A DNA stretch of 64,000 nucleotides, from NCBI GenBank assembly GCA_963827855.1, contig CAWHBY010000001.1, positions 133,799 to 197,798 of the forward strand, written 5' to 3'. Below the pieces are notes generated by a model, which was not told where the DNA came from, did no database searches, and saw only the letters and a program-made list of their open reading frames with translations. Below are positions 19,318 to 28,951 of this stretch, in pieces (the first letter of the stretch is position 1; every line of letters begins with the position of its first letter). The stretch comes from an uncultured Phycisphaerae bacterium (GTDB lineage Bacteria; Planctomycetota; Phycisphaerae; Sedimentisphaerales; Anaerobacaceae). The position numbers were made by a program, and so were the translations under genes.

Positions 19318-21533
19318 CTACGGCTGGTCGATCAGCATCATGAGCCCCACGTCGATGTACGGGCCCGCCGTGGTCTGACGGCAGTGCACCGCCAGGGTGT
19401 TCTGCCCGGCCCTGAGCAGGGCCTTGGCATCGAGTCCCGCCGGACTATAGCCTGCCACCAGGCCTGAGAACTGCTTGACCCGTTGGCCGTTGAGGTAGAC
19501 CACGCCATCGCCGCTGTAGTGGATGCTGAGGCAGAGGTCTCCCTTGTCCACGGCCGCATCGAGGTTGAAGGAGCAGCGGAGCCAGAGATCGGAGGTGTTC
19601 CACGTCGTCTTGAGCACGGAGCCGGGCGTGGCCTGGGCGCCGAAGCCGCCCGGGCCCGATCTCCAGGCGCCGTCATCAAATTCGGGCCTGAACCAGTCCG
19701 ACGCGGGCTGCTCTAGGGTGTATCGCCAGAACTGGGGCTCTGCCTCGCTGGTCGCCACCAGGGTCACAGTCCGAGGAGGAGGCAGATAGAGATTGGCCGC
19801 TGCCGCAGCCAGGTGGTTCGGGTCCATCTTGATCAGACTGCGGTCATAGGTCATCAGGCCGTTGACCTCGACCTCGGTGTCGGAGGTCTGGGTATAGACC
19901 GCACCGCACAATCCCTGGGCGATCAGCGGCCTGGTGCGGATCAGGAGACCCACGTAGGCATCCGTCAGGTCCGCGGCGGTCTTGAACGAGACGTAGCCCC
20001 AGTTCTTCTCCGCCTGCCAGGTGTGGCCCGCGACCGGCATGCCCAGGCCGCCGAATTCACCCAGCACGCAGGCCCGCCTCTGCTCGACAGGAGACATGTC
20101 CGGGCCTGGATAGCTATGGATGTCCGAGATGACGCCCGCCCCCCGGTCCTGGCAGCCGCTGCCCTCGTTGACCAGGCGCGTCGGGTCATAGGCCCCGACC
20201 CACGCGGCGATTTCGGCGGTGTCGTGTTGACCCCAGCCCTCGTTGAAGCACGTCCACATGACGACGCAGGGGAAGTTGTGCAGGGTGTCGATGATCGCCT
20301 TGAACTCCCGCCTGAAGTTGGCCTTGGCCTCGTCGTTTCGTCCCGCGTCGCCGGAGGGCATGTCCTGCCAGACGAGCAATCCCAGTCTGTCGCACCAGTA
20401 GTACCAGCGGGCGGGCTCGGCCTTGACGTGCTTGCGGGCCATGTTCATACCCAGTCGTTTGGCCGTCACGATGTCGTATTTCAGGGCCTCATCGCACGGG
20501 GCGTGTAGAGGCCGTCGGGCCACCACCCCTGATCCAGCAGACCATACTGAAATAGCGGCCTGCCGTTGAGCGCGAGTCGGTTGATGCCTTCCGCGTCCTT
20601 GCGGACGTCGATCTTGCGGAGCCCAAAGTAGCTGGTGACTGTGTCCAGCACCTTGCCGGCCCGCACCAGGCAGACCTCCAGGTCATAGAGCGTGGGGTGG
20701 TCAGGAGACCAGAGGCTGGGATTGGGGATCTTCAGTTCAATGGCCTTGCCTGCAGGGCCGACGGCCCGGGCCAGGGTGACCGAACCCAGCCGGGCAGTCA
20801 GCCTGACCTCCGCGGCCGCGGAGGCCTGGACCGTGACAGATACCACGCCACGATCCACGTCAGGCACCATGGTCAGGGATTGGATGTAGTCCGCTGGCAC
20901 GACCTCCAGCCACACGGTCTGCCAGATACCGGACACCGCCGTGTACATGATGCCACCCGGCTTGAGCACCTGTTTTCCGTGCGGTTGATAGCCCGTATCC
21001 GTGGGGTCCCACACGGCTAGGTCCAGGTCATTCTCGCCGGCCTTCAGGGCGTCTGTGATATCCAGGGTGAAGGGATCATACCCGCCGCTGTGCTGGCCGA
21101 CCTCTCTGCCGCTGACCCAGACCGTGCACTGCCAGTCCACTGCCCCGAAGTGCAGCAGCAGGCGCTGGCCGCCGGAATTGGGCGGGAGCTGGAACGACCG
21201 GTGGTACCACAGCCGCTGATCGGGCTTGAGGGGCTTCATGACCCCGCTCAGAGCGGACTCCACGGCAAAAGGAACGAGGATGTCTCCATCCCACAGGTTG
21301 GGCTTGGCCTCGGCCTTGGGACGGATGGCATACCTCCAGAGCCCGTTCAGGTTGACCCAGTCCTTGCGGACCATCTGGGGCCTTGGATACTCAGGCCAGA
21401 CCCGATCGGGCGACACGTCCTTGGCCCACGGGGTCATGAGAGGCCCCTCTGCGGGTCTCCAGGCGGGGGCCCCGTGTACCCCAGCCACGACCATCATTTG
21501 CACCACCCACCAGGCTGATGCGAGCTTCCTCAT
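19318..21533 (-). pseudogene. GH2-family glycosidase split by a 1-nt frame break in a C4 run (pseudogene, phase variant or assembly indel)
   Basis: ORFs 20481..21722 and 19318..20526 are colinear halves. N-half: signal peptide MRKLASAWWVVQMMVVAGVHG (ATG 21533), sugar-binding domain LHFGAVDWQCTVWVSGREVGQHSGGYDPF and an Ig-like domain. C-half: TIM-barrel motifs VMWTCFNEGWG and VLGEFGG, plus a C-terminal FDDGAW beta-sandwich. The frames meet at ..WWPDGLYTP | PCDEALKYD (plus-strand GGGG 20498-20501). Confidence 0.8.
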
Positions 21534-21752
21534 GGCCTTGTTCCCCTTGCGACAATGCTGGCTACGGTCCCGAGCCCCGTGCCAGGGTCGTTCGGGATCA
21601 TTCGGTCTCAATAGGCTCCGCCTATTGTACTTGGCCGTCCAGCACATTCTTGGAGAATCGCCGTTTTTCCTGTAAGAACCGACGCAGGACGGGGGAGAAT
21701 GGTAGAGGTTGCCAGAGGACAACCCTATCCCTGAAGAAGAAGGAGGACTGCA

Positions 21753-24700
21753 ATGAAGAGAGGTGTGTTGGGTTCCGCATGGGTCATCTTGGGGCTGGCC
21801 GCGGTCGCGGCTGGCGTGGCCAGGGCAGACCTAGTCAGTTGGTACAAGTTCGACGGAGGCAGCGGCACTGTGGCCGTGGACTCGTCTGGCCGGGGCAATG
21901 ACGGGACCCTCATGGGGGGAGCGGCATGGGCATCCGGAAAGCTGGATGGCGCCATACAGTTCAATGGAACGGATGCCTACGTGCAGACCCAGCGTCAGAT
22001 CCAGGATTCCTTCACCCTCGCCGCATGGATCAAGACGAGCACTGCGGGCCGGGCAGGCTCCCAGGCCTACGAGGGCAGCGGCATCTTCTGGTCCGATGTG
22101 TCGGGAGCGGCCAACGACTTCGTCGTGGCCGCCCTGGTGCGCCAAGCTCTCATTCTTCTGTGGCAATCCGGATACCTCGGTCAACTCGAACGGGGATATG
22201 GTGACCGGAGAGTGGGTGCATATCGCCTGTGTCCGGGACATCACCGCCCAGACCATCGCCGTGTACCTCAATGGGGCACTCGACAAGAGCGTGGCTCACT
22301 CGAACACCAATGGCCTCACTGCGCAGCCTCTGCTGAACATCGGAGGCAACACGCTCGACAGCCGGTACTTCACGGGACTGATGGACGACGTTAAGATCTT
22401 CGATGCGGCCCTTACGCAGCCCGAGATCGCCGCGGCCATGAGGGGCCAGCCTGGACTGCCCGGCTATCCTGAGCCCGCTGACCGGGCGACGGACGTCCCC
22501 CGCGACGCGACGTTTGGATGGAAGGCCGGCGAGTTTGCCAAGACGCATGACGTTTACCTGGGAACGGTCTTCGAGGACGTCAACACTGCCACGAGGGCCG
22601 ATCCAGAGGCCGTCTTGGTCAGCCAGGGCCAGGATGCGAGTACTTATGATCCGGCCGGCCTGTTCTCCTTTGGCCAGACCTATTACTGGCGGGTCGACGA
22701 GGTCAATGCGGCCCCCGACTCTACGATCTACCAGGGCGACGTGTGGAGCTTCACAGCCGAGCCGTATGGCTATCCGGTCAAGCCGGTCAAGGCCACGGCC
22801 TCCAGCATGCTCAGCGCAGCCATGGGACCTGACAAGACCATCGACGGATCCGGGATGGACCCCTTGGACCAGCACTCGGTCTCCGCCTCGCACATGTGGC
22901 TGAGCAAGAAGGGCCAGTCGCCCATCTGGATCCAGTACGAGTTTGACCGCGTGTACAAGTTATATCAGTTGTGGGTCTGGAATTCGAACCAGGCCTCGGA
23001 GGTGGACATCGGGTTCGGAGCCAAGGACGTGAAGGTGGAGACCTCGACGGACGGGACCACCTGGACCGCCCTGGCTGACGTCCCGGAGTTCGTCCAGGCC
23101 ACGGGCGAGCCCAACTACGTACACAACACGACCGTGGACTTCAAGGGCGTACAGGCCAAGTACGTGAAGCTGACGATCAATGCCAACTGGGCGGACGGGA
23201 CCAAGCAGGCCGGTCTGGCCGAGGTCCGGTTCTTCTACGTACCCGTAAAGGCCTTCGGCCCTGTCCCGGCCTTGGCCGCTGCGGGCGTGGCCATCGACTC
23301 GGTTCTGAGCTGGAGGCCCGGCCGGGAGGCAGCCAGGCATGAGGTGTATCTCAGCAGCGACGCCAGCGCGGTGACCAGCGGCACGGCCCTCGTCGCGACG
23401 GCCACCGACCACCGCGTGAGCCTGACGACCTTGGGCCTGGAGTTCGGCAGGACCTATGCGTGGAAGGTCAATGAGGTCAATGATGCGGCGACGCCGAAAT
23501 CGTGGGAGGGCGACCTGTGGAGCTTCACGACGCCGGACTACGGCGTCGTCGATGACTTCGAATCGTACAACGACCAGTGCAACCGGATCTTCTTTGCCTG
23601 GGTGGATGGTTACGGCTACTCCGAATCTCCAAACTGTGGCCTGACGGCCTCCGCAGGCAATGGCAGCGGCTCTACGGTCGGCAACACCAATCCTCCGTTC
23701 GCCGAGAAGACGATCGTCAACGGCGGCAGGCAAGCCATGCCGCTGGCATACGACAACACGACCGGTAAGAGCGTTTCAGAGGCGATCCGGACGTTCGACC
23801 AGGCGCAGGATTGGACCCGGGGCGGGGCCAAGACGCTCGTGCTGTTCTTCCGCGGGCGGTCAGACAACGGGCCCGGCCAGTTGTACGCAGTGATCAACGG
23901 GGTCAAGGTGACGTATGGGGGCAGTGCGGCGGCTGTGACCATCCCGCTCTGGAAGCAGTGGAACATTGACCTGGCCACCGTAGGGACGAATCTGAAGTCA
24001 GTCAAGACGCTGGCGATAGGGGTGTCCGGCACAGGCAAGGGTACGATGTACGTGGATGACATCCAGTTGTACCGGGATGCGCCTGCGCCGATTCAGGCCA
24101 CGGACCCCGGAGGCAATGGTTTGGCGATGTGGTATCGCATGGAAGGGAACGTGAAGGACAGTTCGGGCAAGGGGCTGGACGGGACGGCCCAAGGGAATCC
24201 CTCCTACGTGGAAGGCCCCCTGGGATACGGTCAGGCCCTGCAGTTTGAAGGGATCGACGATGAGGTGGATCTGCCGATCGGCACGCTGGTGAGCACGCTG
24301 ACTAGCGCCACCTTTGCCACCTGGGTGAACGACAGCAGCCAGGATGGGTCATGGACGCGGATCTTCGACTTCGGCACGGACAACACCAACTACGTCATGT
24401 TGACCGGCCACCAGGGGACAACGGGTCCCTTGACCTGCGATATCACGGTCACCACGGCAGCCCTCACGGTGCCTCAGACGCGGTTTGCTGCAGCGAATGC
24501 AGTGGGTACGGGTTGGCACCACGTGGCCGTCGTCTTTGATGCCGCTGCGATGAACGTGCTGATTTACGAGGACGGTATGGTGGTCGCCAGCGGCGCCACG
24601 ACGGTCTTGCCGAAGGATCTGGGCAGGACGACGCAGAACTGGCTGGGCCGGTCTCAGTTCACGGCCGATGCGTACCTGACCGGCGTTCTGGATGAGTTCC

Positions 24701-24759
24701 GCATCTACAGCCGTGCATTGACCGCGGGTGAAATCCGGTATCTGTGCGGCGATCGATAG
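21753..24759 (+). pseudogene. Secreted discoidin-chassis protein, paralog 4, with LamG (Laminin_G_3-like) modules at both ends; frame break near 22137-22141
   Basis: Strong RBS GAAGGAGG. Signal peptide MKRGVLGSAWVILGLAAVAAGVARA. N-terminal LamG (LVSWYKFDGGSGTVAVDSSGRGNDGTL..DSFTLAAWIK) stops making sense at ..FVVAALV. It continues in the +1 frame (AKLSFFCGNPDTSVNS..WVHIACVRD..LMDDVKIFDAALT). Then the chassis follows (HDVYLGT..GQTYYWRVDEVN, discoidin, GRTYAWKVNEVN) and a C-terminal LamG (LAMWYRMEGNVKDSSGKGLDGT..WHHVAVVFD..LDEFRIYSRALTAGEI). ORF-track pieces: 21753..22394 and 21898..24759. Confidence 0.75.
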
Positions 24760-24783
24760 AGTACGGAGTCCTCTTTCTCAAGA

Positions 24784-24828
24784 CGTGTGGTTCCGCAACC
24801 CCCTGTGGCGGAACCACACGCTTTCTGG
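24784..24828 (+). terminator. Intrinsic terminator between convergent genes
   Basis: 13-bp perfect stem CGTGTGGTTCCGC (24784-24796) / GCGGAACCACACG (24808-24820) followed by CTTTCTGG. Confidence 0.6.
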
Positions 24829-24835
24829 GAGCGAA

Positions 24836-26209
24836 TTACTGGGCGGCCACGGCGAGGGCGGTGGTCGTGGTGTAGTATTTGGCGATCATGTTGGGGACCT
24901 CCCAACTGGGCAGACGCCCCTCGGCCAGGTAGCGCAGATACTTCTCCGTGACCTGGCTGAAGTGGGCCTCATGGCCGACGCGGTAGTGCTGCGGGATCAC
25001 CATCTTCCACCTGCCTGCGGACACGGCCTCCAGGCCGATGCCGGGATACAGAGTCTGCAGGTCACCCTCGACGGTTCTCTTGAGATCTGCCGCCGGATCG
25101 ACTCCTGGCCTGGACTCGACGTACAGCGTAGGCTCGTACTGCTCCTGCTGGCTCTGGCGGATGACCAGGGTGCAGCGAGTCCCCCGCAGCATGGAGGCGT
25201 GGGAGTCTCCTCCCCCCTCAGGCGCACGAAGGTTCCAGGTGACAGTGACCCTGGCGTGCACGCCCTTGATGACGTAGTCCGTCCTGCCGTTGCACAGGAC
25301 CCTCAGGCTGCCTTCCTGCACGGCGTCCTTGAGGAAGTCAGGGAAGCCCTGCAGGCCCGTGACCTCCCTGAATGAGGCCTCAGGGATCTCCGTGGCCCAG
25401 TGTCGGGCACTGATCCCCTGGATGTCTGTCTTGGCATCGACGATCTGGTCCGGGAAGCACTCCCACTGGATCAGGTCCACCAGGTGCGTGGCCACGTCGA
25501 CCAGGCCCTCGCCTTGCTGCCGGACGTCGAAGAACCAGGCGGGTCGGATCAAGGGGCTGCCTGCAACGGATTTGAGGAAGGTGTGCACGCTTTCCTGGAC
25601 CACCGCGGGATCATCGCCTGTCCCTTTCTCCAGGTCGCCGAAGACGCTGGGCCTGCGGGCCAGCTCCCGTTGAAGGATCGTGGTGATCTCGTATCGCTCG
25701 GTCATGATGTCGTAGAGCAGCACGCCTCTGGTCTGGGCCACCTTAAAGGCCTCGACCAGTCGCGGGAACTGGGCCGCCGTGATGACCATGGGCTTGTCCG
25801 CCAGGACGTGGATCCCCGCCTGGACCGACCGCAAGAGGTACTCGGTCTTGCGGCCGTTGTTGCCCGAGATGACCACCACGTTGCCAGGCCTGTCCTGGAG
25901 CATCTTCTCCAGAAAGTCCGGGCCCGCATAGACCTTCTCGATCCAGGACGTGGGATCCGTGGTGCGGGTGTTGAAGCCCTGTATCCGTGTGAGGTGGTCC
26001 TGAAGATCCCGTCCCTGGGGCGCATAGACGTAGACGGTGGGGTCGGCGTGGTCTATCCTGGCCTTTTGCACCAGGGCTGCGTGGAAGTGCCCAGGATCCA
26101 GGGTCATGAGTCTGACCGCCCGTGTGGCCGTCTCTGAGGAGGCCTGGTTGGATGCGGTCAGCAGGGAAAGGACTCCGGTCAGCAGGGAGAGGGCGATCGG
26201 ATCCGTCAT
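24836..26209 (-). CDS. Exported Gfo/Idh/MocA-like oxidoreductase with an Oxidoreduct_C-type C-terminal domain
   Basis: Start trimmed to ATG 26209, 1 nt after the upstream TGA stop. Signal-like MTDPIALSLLTGVLSLLTASNQASS. Characteristic LDPGHFHAALVQK and VVVISGNNGRKTEY..IHVLADKP motifs. Confidence 0.7.
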   Translation of the reverse strand: MTDPIALSLLTGVLSLLTASNQASSETATRAVRLMTLDPGHFHAALVQKARIDHADPTVYVYAPQGRDLQDHLTRIQGFNTRTTDPTSWIEKVYAGPDFLEKMLQDRPGNVVVISGNNGRKTEYLLRSVQAGIHVLADKPMVITAAQFPRLVEAFKVAQTRGVLLYDIMTERYEITTILQRELARRPSVFGDLEKGTGDDPAVVQESVHTFLKSVAGSPLIRPAWFFDVRQQGEGLVDVATHLVDLIQWECFPDQIVDAKTDIQGISARHWATEIPEASFREVTGLQGFPDFLKDAVQEGSLRVLCNGRTDYVIKGVHARVTVTWNLRAPEGGGDSHASMLRGTRCTLVIRQSQQEQYEPTLYVESRPGVDPAADLKRTVEGDLQTLYPGIGLEAVSAGRWKMVIPQHYRVGHEAHFSQVTEKYLRYLAEGRLPSWEVPNMIAKYYTTTTALAVAAQ

Positions 26210-26210
26210 T

Positions 26211-27596
26211 TCAGGCCTCCACGCCGAGGGTGCCGTAGGGGCGTCGCTGTGGCCGGCTGAGCAGGGCGTTGGCCCGGTCATCGTCGATGAACCGCTCCCG
26301 CCTGGGGTCCCAGCGGAGCTTCCTGGCCAGCTTCATGGCGATGTGGCTGAGCAGGCATGCGCTGCAGGACCGATGGCCGACCTCCGCGGGCGCGATGGGC
26401 TGGCGCCGGCTCCTGATGCATTCGAGCCAGTTCAGGTGCTGCTCCGGGCTCTGATACAGATGGACCTCGTCAGGCCCGATCGGAGCCGAGAGGATCTTGG
26501 GATCGTTGGCATCATAGGACTTGGATTTGGATGCGCCGGAGACCGGGTCACTGGCAGTGACCTCGCTGCTCCGGCTGACGAAGATCCATCCCTCTGTTCC
26601 CTCGAACCTGAGACCATTGGGCAGGTCGTCGCTGGCCTCCAGGGCCACGCCGTTGGCGTACCGGGCGAAGACCTTGAACTTGCCGTGGACGTCCCACAGC
26701 CCGCTCTTGGGGAACTCGGCCTGGGCCTCGATCTCGACCGGCCCTGTGTACTCCGTGTCCATGGCCCAGTGGGCGATGTCGAAGTGATGGGCGCCCCAGC
26801 CGGTGATCATGCCTGCCCCGAACTGCTCGCACCTGAGCCACCCGGGACGGGAGTAGTCGTTCTGTGGGTGGACGCGTTTCTCGGTGTAGTAGACCGAGGG
26901 CGTGGAGCCGAGCCACATATCATAGTCGAGGTTCGCGGGGACCGGCATCTCCGGCTCCACCTCTCCCCCGGGGTCGGTCGGCAGGCCGATCAGTATCCGC
27001 TTCAACTCGCCGATACGGCCGCTACGGACCCGCTCGCAGGCCGCAAGGAACTGCGGCCAGGGATTCAGAGACCTCTGCTGGCAGCCGATCTGGAAGATCC
27101 GTCCCGTGCGGTGGATCACGTCGCTCATGCGACGGCCTTCGGCGATGGTCAGGGACGTCGGTTTCTGGAGGTAGATGTCCTTGCCTGCCAGGGCCGCCTC
27201 CATGGCGGGCTGGGCGTGCCAGTGGTCGGGCGTGGAGATGATGACCGCGTCGATCGTGGGATCCTTGAGCATCTCGCGGTAGTCCGCGTAGGTCTTCACG
27301 TCCAGGTAGTCGGTCTTGCCAGTCTTCTTGGCATAGGTGTCCTCGATCCACTTCTTGCCCTCTGCTGCCCGCTTGCGGTCCACGTCCGCCACTGCCACGA
27401 CGCGGCACAGGTCGTGCTTGATCACCTCAGGCAGGTCGTGGCCACGGGCGATCCGGCCAATGCCGATCTGGCCGATGTGGATCTTGTCATTGGGCCGGGT
27501 CTTGGCCACCACTGCACCAGAGACGATCGTGGGAATGCCGACCCATCCAGCAGCGGCGGCAGTGGCAGCCCCCTTGATGAAGGTCCTTCGGTTCAT
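26211..27596 (-). CDS. Tat-exported Gfo/Idh/MocA family oxidoreductase
   Basis: ATG 27596 is preceded by GAGGAGGAGG. Twin-arginine leader MNRRTFIKGAATAAAAG. Rossmann motif IGQIGIGRIARG. STPDHWHA and YLQKP motifs. Confidence 0.85.
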   Translation of the reverse strand: MNRRTFIKGAATAAAAGWVGIPTIVSGAVVAKTRPNDKIHIGQIGIGRIARGHDLPEVIKHDLCRVVAVADVDRKRAAEGKKWIEDTYAKKTGKTDYLDVKTYADYREMLKDPTIDAVIISTPDHWHAQPAMEAALAGKDIYLQKPTSLTIAEGRRMSDVIHRTGRIFQIGCQQRSLNPWPQFLAACERVRSGRIGELKRILIGLPTDPGGEVEPEMPVPANLDYDMWLGSTPSVYYTEKRVHPQNDYSRPGWLRCEQFGAGMITGWGAHHFDIAHWAMDTEYTGPVEIEAQAEFPKSGLWDVHGKFKVFARYANGVALEASDDLPNGLRFEGTEGWIFVSRSSEVTASDPVSGASKSKSYDANDPKILSAPIGPDEVHLYQSPEQHLNWLECIRSRRQPIAPAEVGHRSCSACLLSHIAMKLARKLRWDPRRERFIDDDRANALLSRPQRRPYGTLGVEA

Positions 27597-27607
27597 GGTC
27601 CTCCTCC

Positions 27608-28882
27608 TCATTTCACCGCTATCGCAGGCGGGTAGGCATAGGTCTTCCACAGGTCCTCGCAGGTCCCGGCATCCAGGACCCCGTCGTATACGACCATGCG
27701 GTACCGCAGCACGCTCTTCTTGCCGGGCTCCAGGGACCACCCCTTGAGCCGTATCGGGCAGAACTCGAAGAAGAAGTACCCCTTGTCCTTGATGATGTCT
27801 GCAGGCCAGACCCTCATGGGTTCGGGGTGCTCGAAATTGGCGGGGTGGCTCATGAACACCACGCCCGAGCCGGCCAGATCGCCCCCGCGGACGTCGCACC
27901 AACGGGCCCGCGTTCCGTCTGCGTCCTGGCGGACCTTCCCCTCAGAGGTGAGGACCTGGCAGTTCTTTGCGGTCCAGTCATCCGTGGCACGAAAACCGAT
28001 CCCACCGCCGTAGCGGTAGCTGGGCAGGTCGATCGGCTCCTTCAGGGCATTGTCCAGCGAGGTCACCAGATCCACGACCCACATGGACTTGCCACCCAGG
28101 GTGCATGGAGAGGCCCGCACGTCCCAGACCTCGTGGATGGCCGTCTTCTCCTTGCCCGGACCCGCCAGGACCACGTGCTCCTGCCTGGCCGCAAAGCCGC
28201 CGTACACGGGGCCAGACGTGGTGGACAGCACGCCGGCGAATCGCACGGTCCCTTGCCCCTTGGCCAGGTTCCAGAAGTCGACCTCCTGTCCCTCCACGTG
28301 GGTCACGGTCCATGGATTCCAGATGCCGTAGTGGTGGTAGTGATCGCTGGGCTGTATCCGCGTCAGGACCTTGCCGGCCGGCGACCACAGGGGATGGATG
28401 AACCCGCTTCTTTGATACAGGGGGTCCACGCCTGCCGGGGCCGCCTGCACGGCACATTGATACCGAAGGATCTCCTTCGAGTGATAGCCGAGGAGGATGG
28501 CCTCGCGGTCTGCGGACGCAGTCACCAGGCCGGTACGTTCGGACCGGCCGGAAAAACGCAGTTCCAGGTCCACGATCGCATGGGGTTCGATCGTCTTGTC
28601 AGGGATGAACCAGAGTCGCTCTGGATGGCCTTTCTCGATCTGGCAGGGCAGATGGACCTTTGTGCCGCCCTCGATCCTGCACAGGACTGGCTCGACCGTC
28701 CCTTCCGGGACCGCCAGGTCCCCCAGTTCCATCGCCAGAGGGACCGGCAGGACTGCCGCAGGGCCTGTCCGAAATGAGCAACGGTACGAGACAGGTCTTT
28801 CCATCCTGCATGAACAGGTGAGGGCCATGAGCAAGCCCGTGGCCAGGACGTGTCGAATGGACATGCAACGGCTCCTAATCAA
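27608..28882 (-). CDS. PmoA-family (DUF6807-like) protein
   Basis: 424 aa with a hydrophobic N-terminus. Motifs SGFIHPLWSPAG, DHYHHYGIWNPW and DFWNLAKGQG, as I recall for the Pfam PmoA family. Tightly linked to the two oxidoreductases downstream. Confidence 0.65.
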   Translation of the reverse strand: MIRSRCMSIRHVLATGLLMALTCSCRMERPVSYRCSFRTGPAAVLPVPLAMELGDLAVPEGTVEPVLCRIEGGTKVHLPCQIEKGHPERLWFIPDKTIEPHAIVDLELRFSGRSERTGLVTASADREAILLGYHSKEILRYQCAVQAAPAGVDPLYQRSGFIHPLWSPAGKVLTRIQPSDHYHHYGIWNPWTVTHVEGQEVDFWNLAKGQGTVRFAGVLSTTSGPVYGGFAARQEHVVLAGPGKEKTAIHEVWDVRASPCTLGGKSMWVVDLVTSLDNALKEPIDLPSYRYGGGIGFRATDDWTAKNCQVLTSEGKVRQDADGTRARWCDVRGGDLAGSGVVFMSHPANFEHPEPMRVWPADIIKDKGYFFFEFCPIRLKGWSLEPGKKSVLRYRMVVYDGVLDAGTCEDLWKTYAYPPAIAVK

Positions 28883-28951
28883 CAGGGTCTATCCAATTAT
28901 GGTCCTGCGCCGCCAAGTGCGTCAAGCCCTTTCCCCCGCAGCCGTCCATCG

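Noticed and set aside
8623-22144. Programmed ribosomal frameshifting as the explanation for the three frame breaks
   Set aside because: There are no slippery heptamers (X XXY YYZ) or downstream pseudoknot-like structures at 8640 or 22140. The 20500 site is a plain C4 run. An indel, whether real or from assembly, is the simpler explanation.
26037-27635. 532-aa ORF antisense to the Gfo/Idh/MocA gene, and 480-aa ORF 29438..30880 antisense to the beta-helix gene
   Set aside because: No motifs and no RBS or start context. The sense strands carry Tat-signal/Rossmann and beta-helix/MBL motifs respectively.
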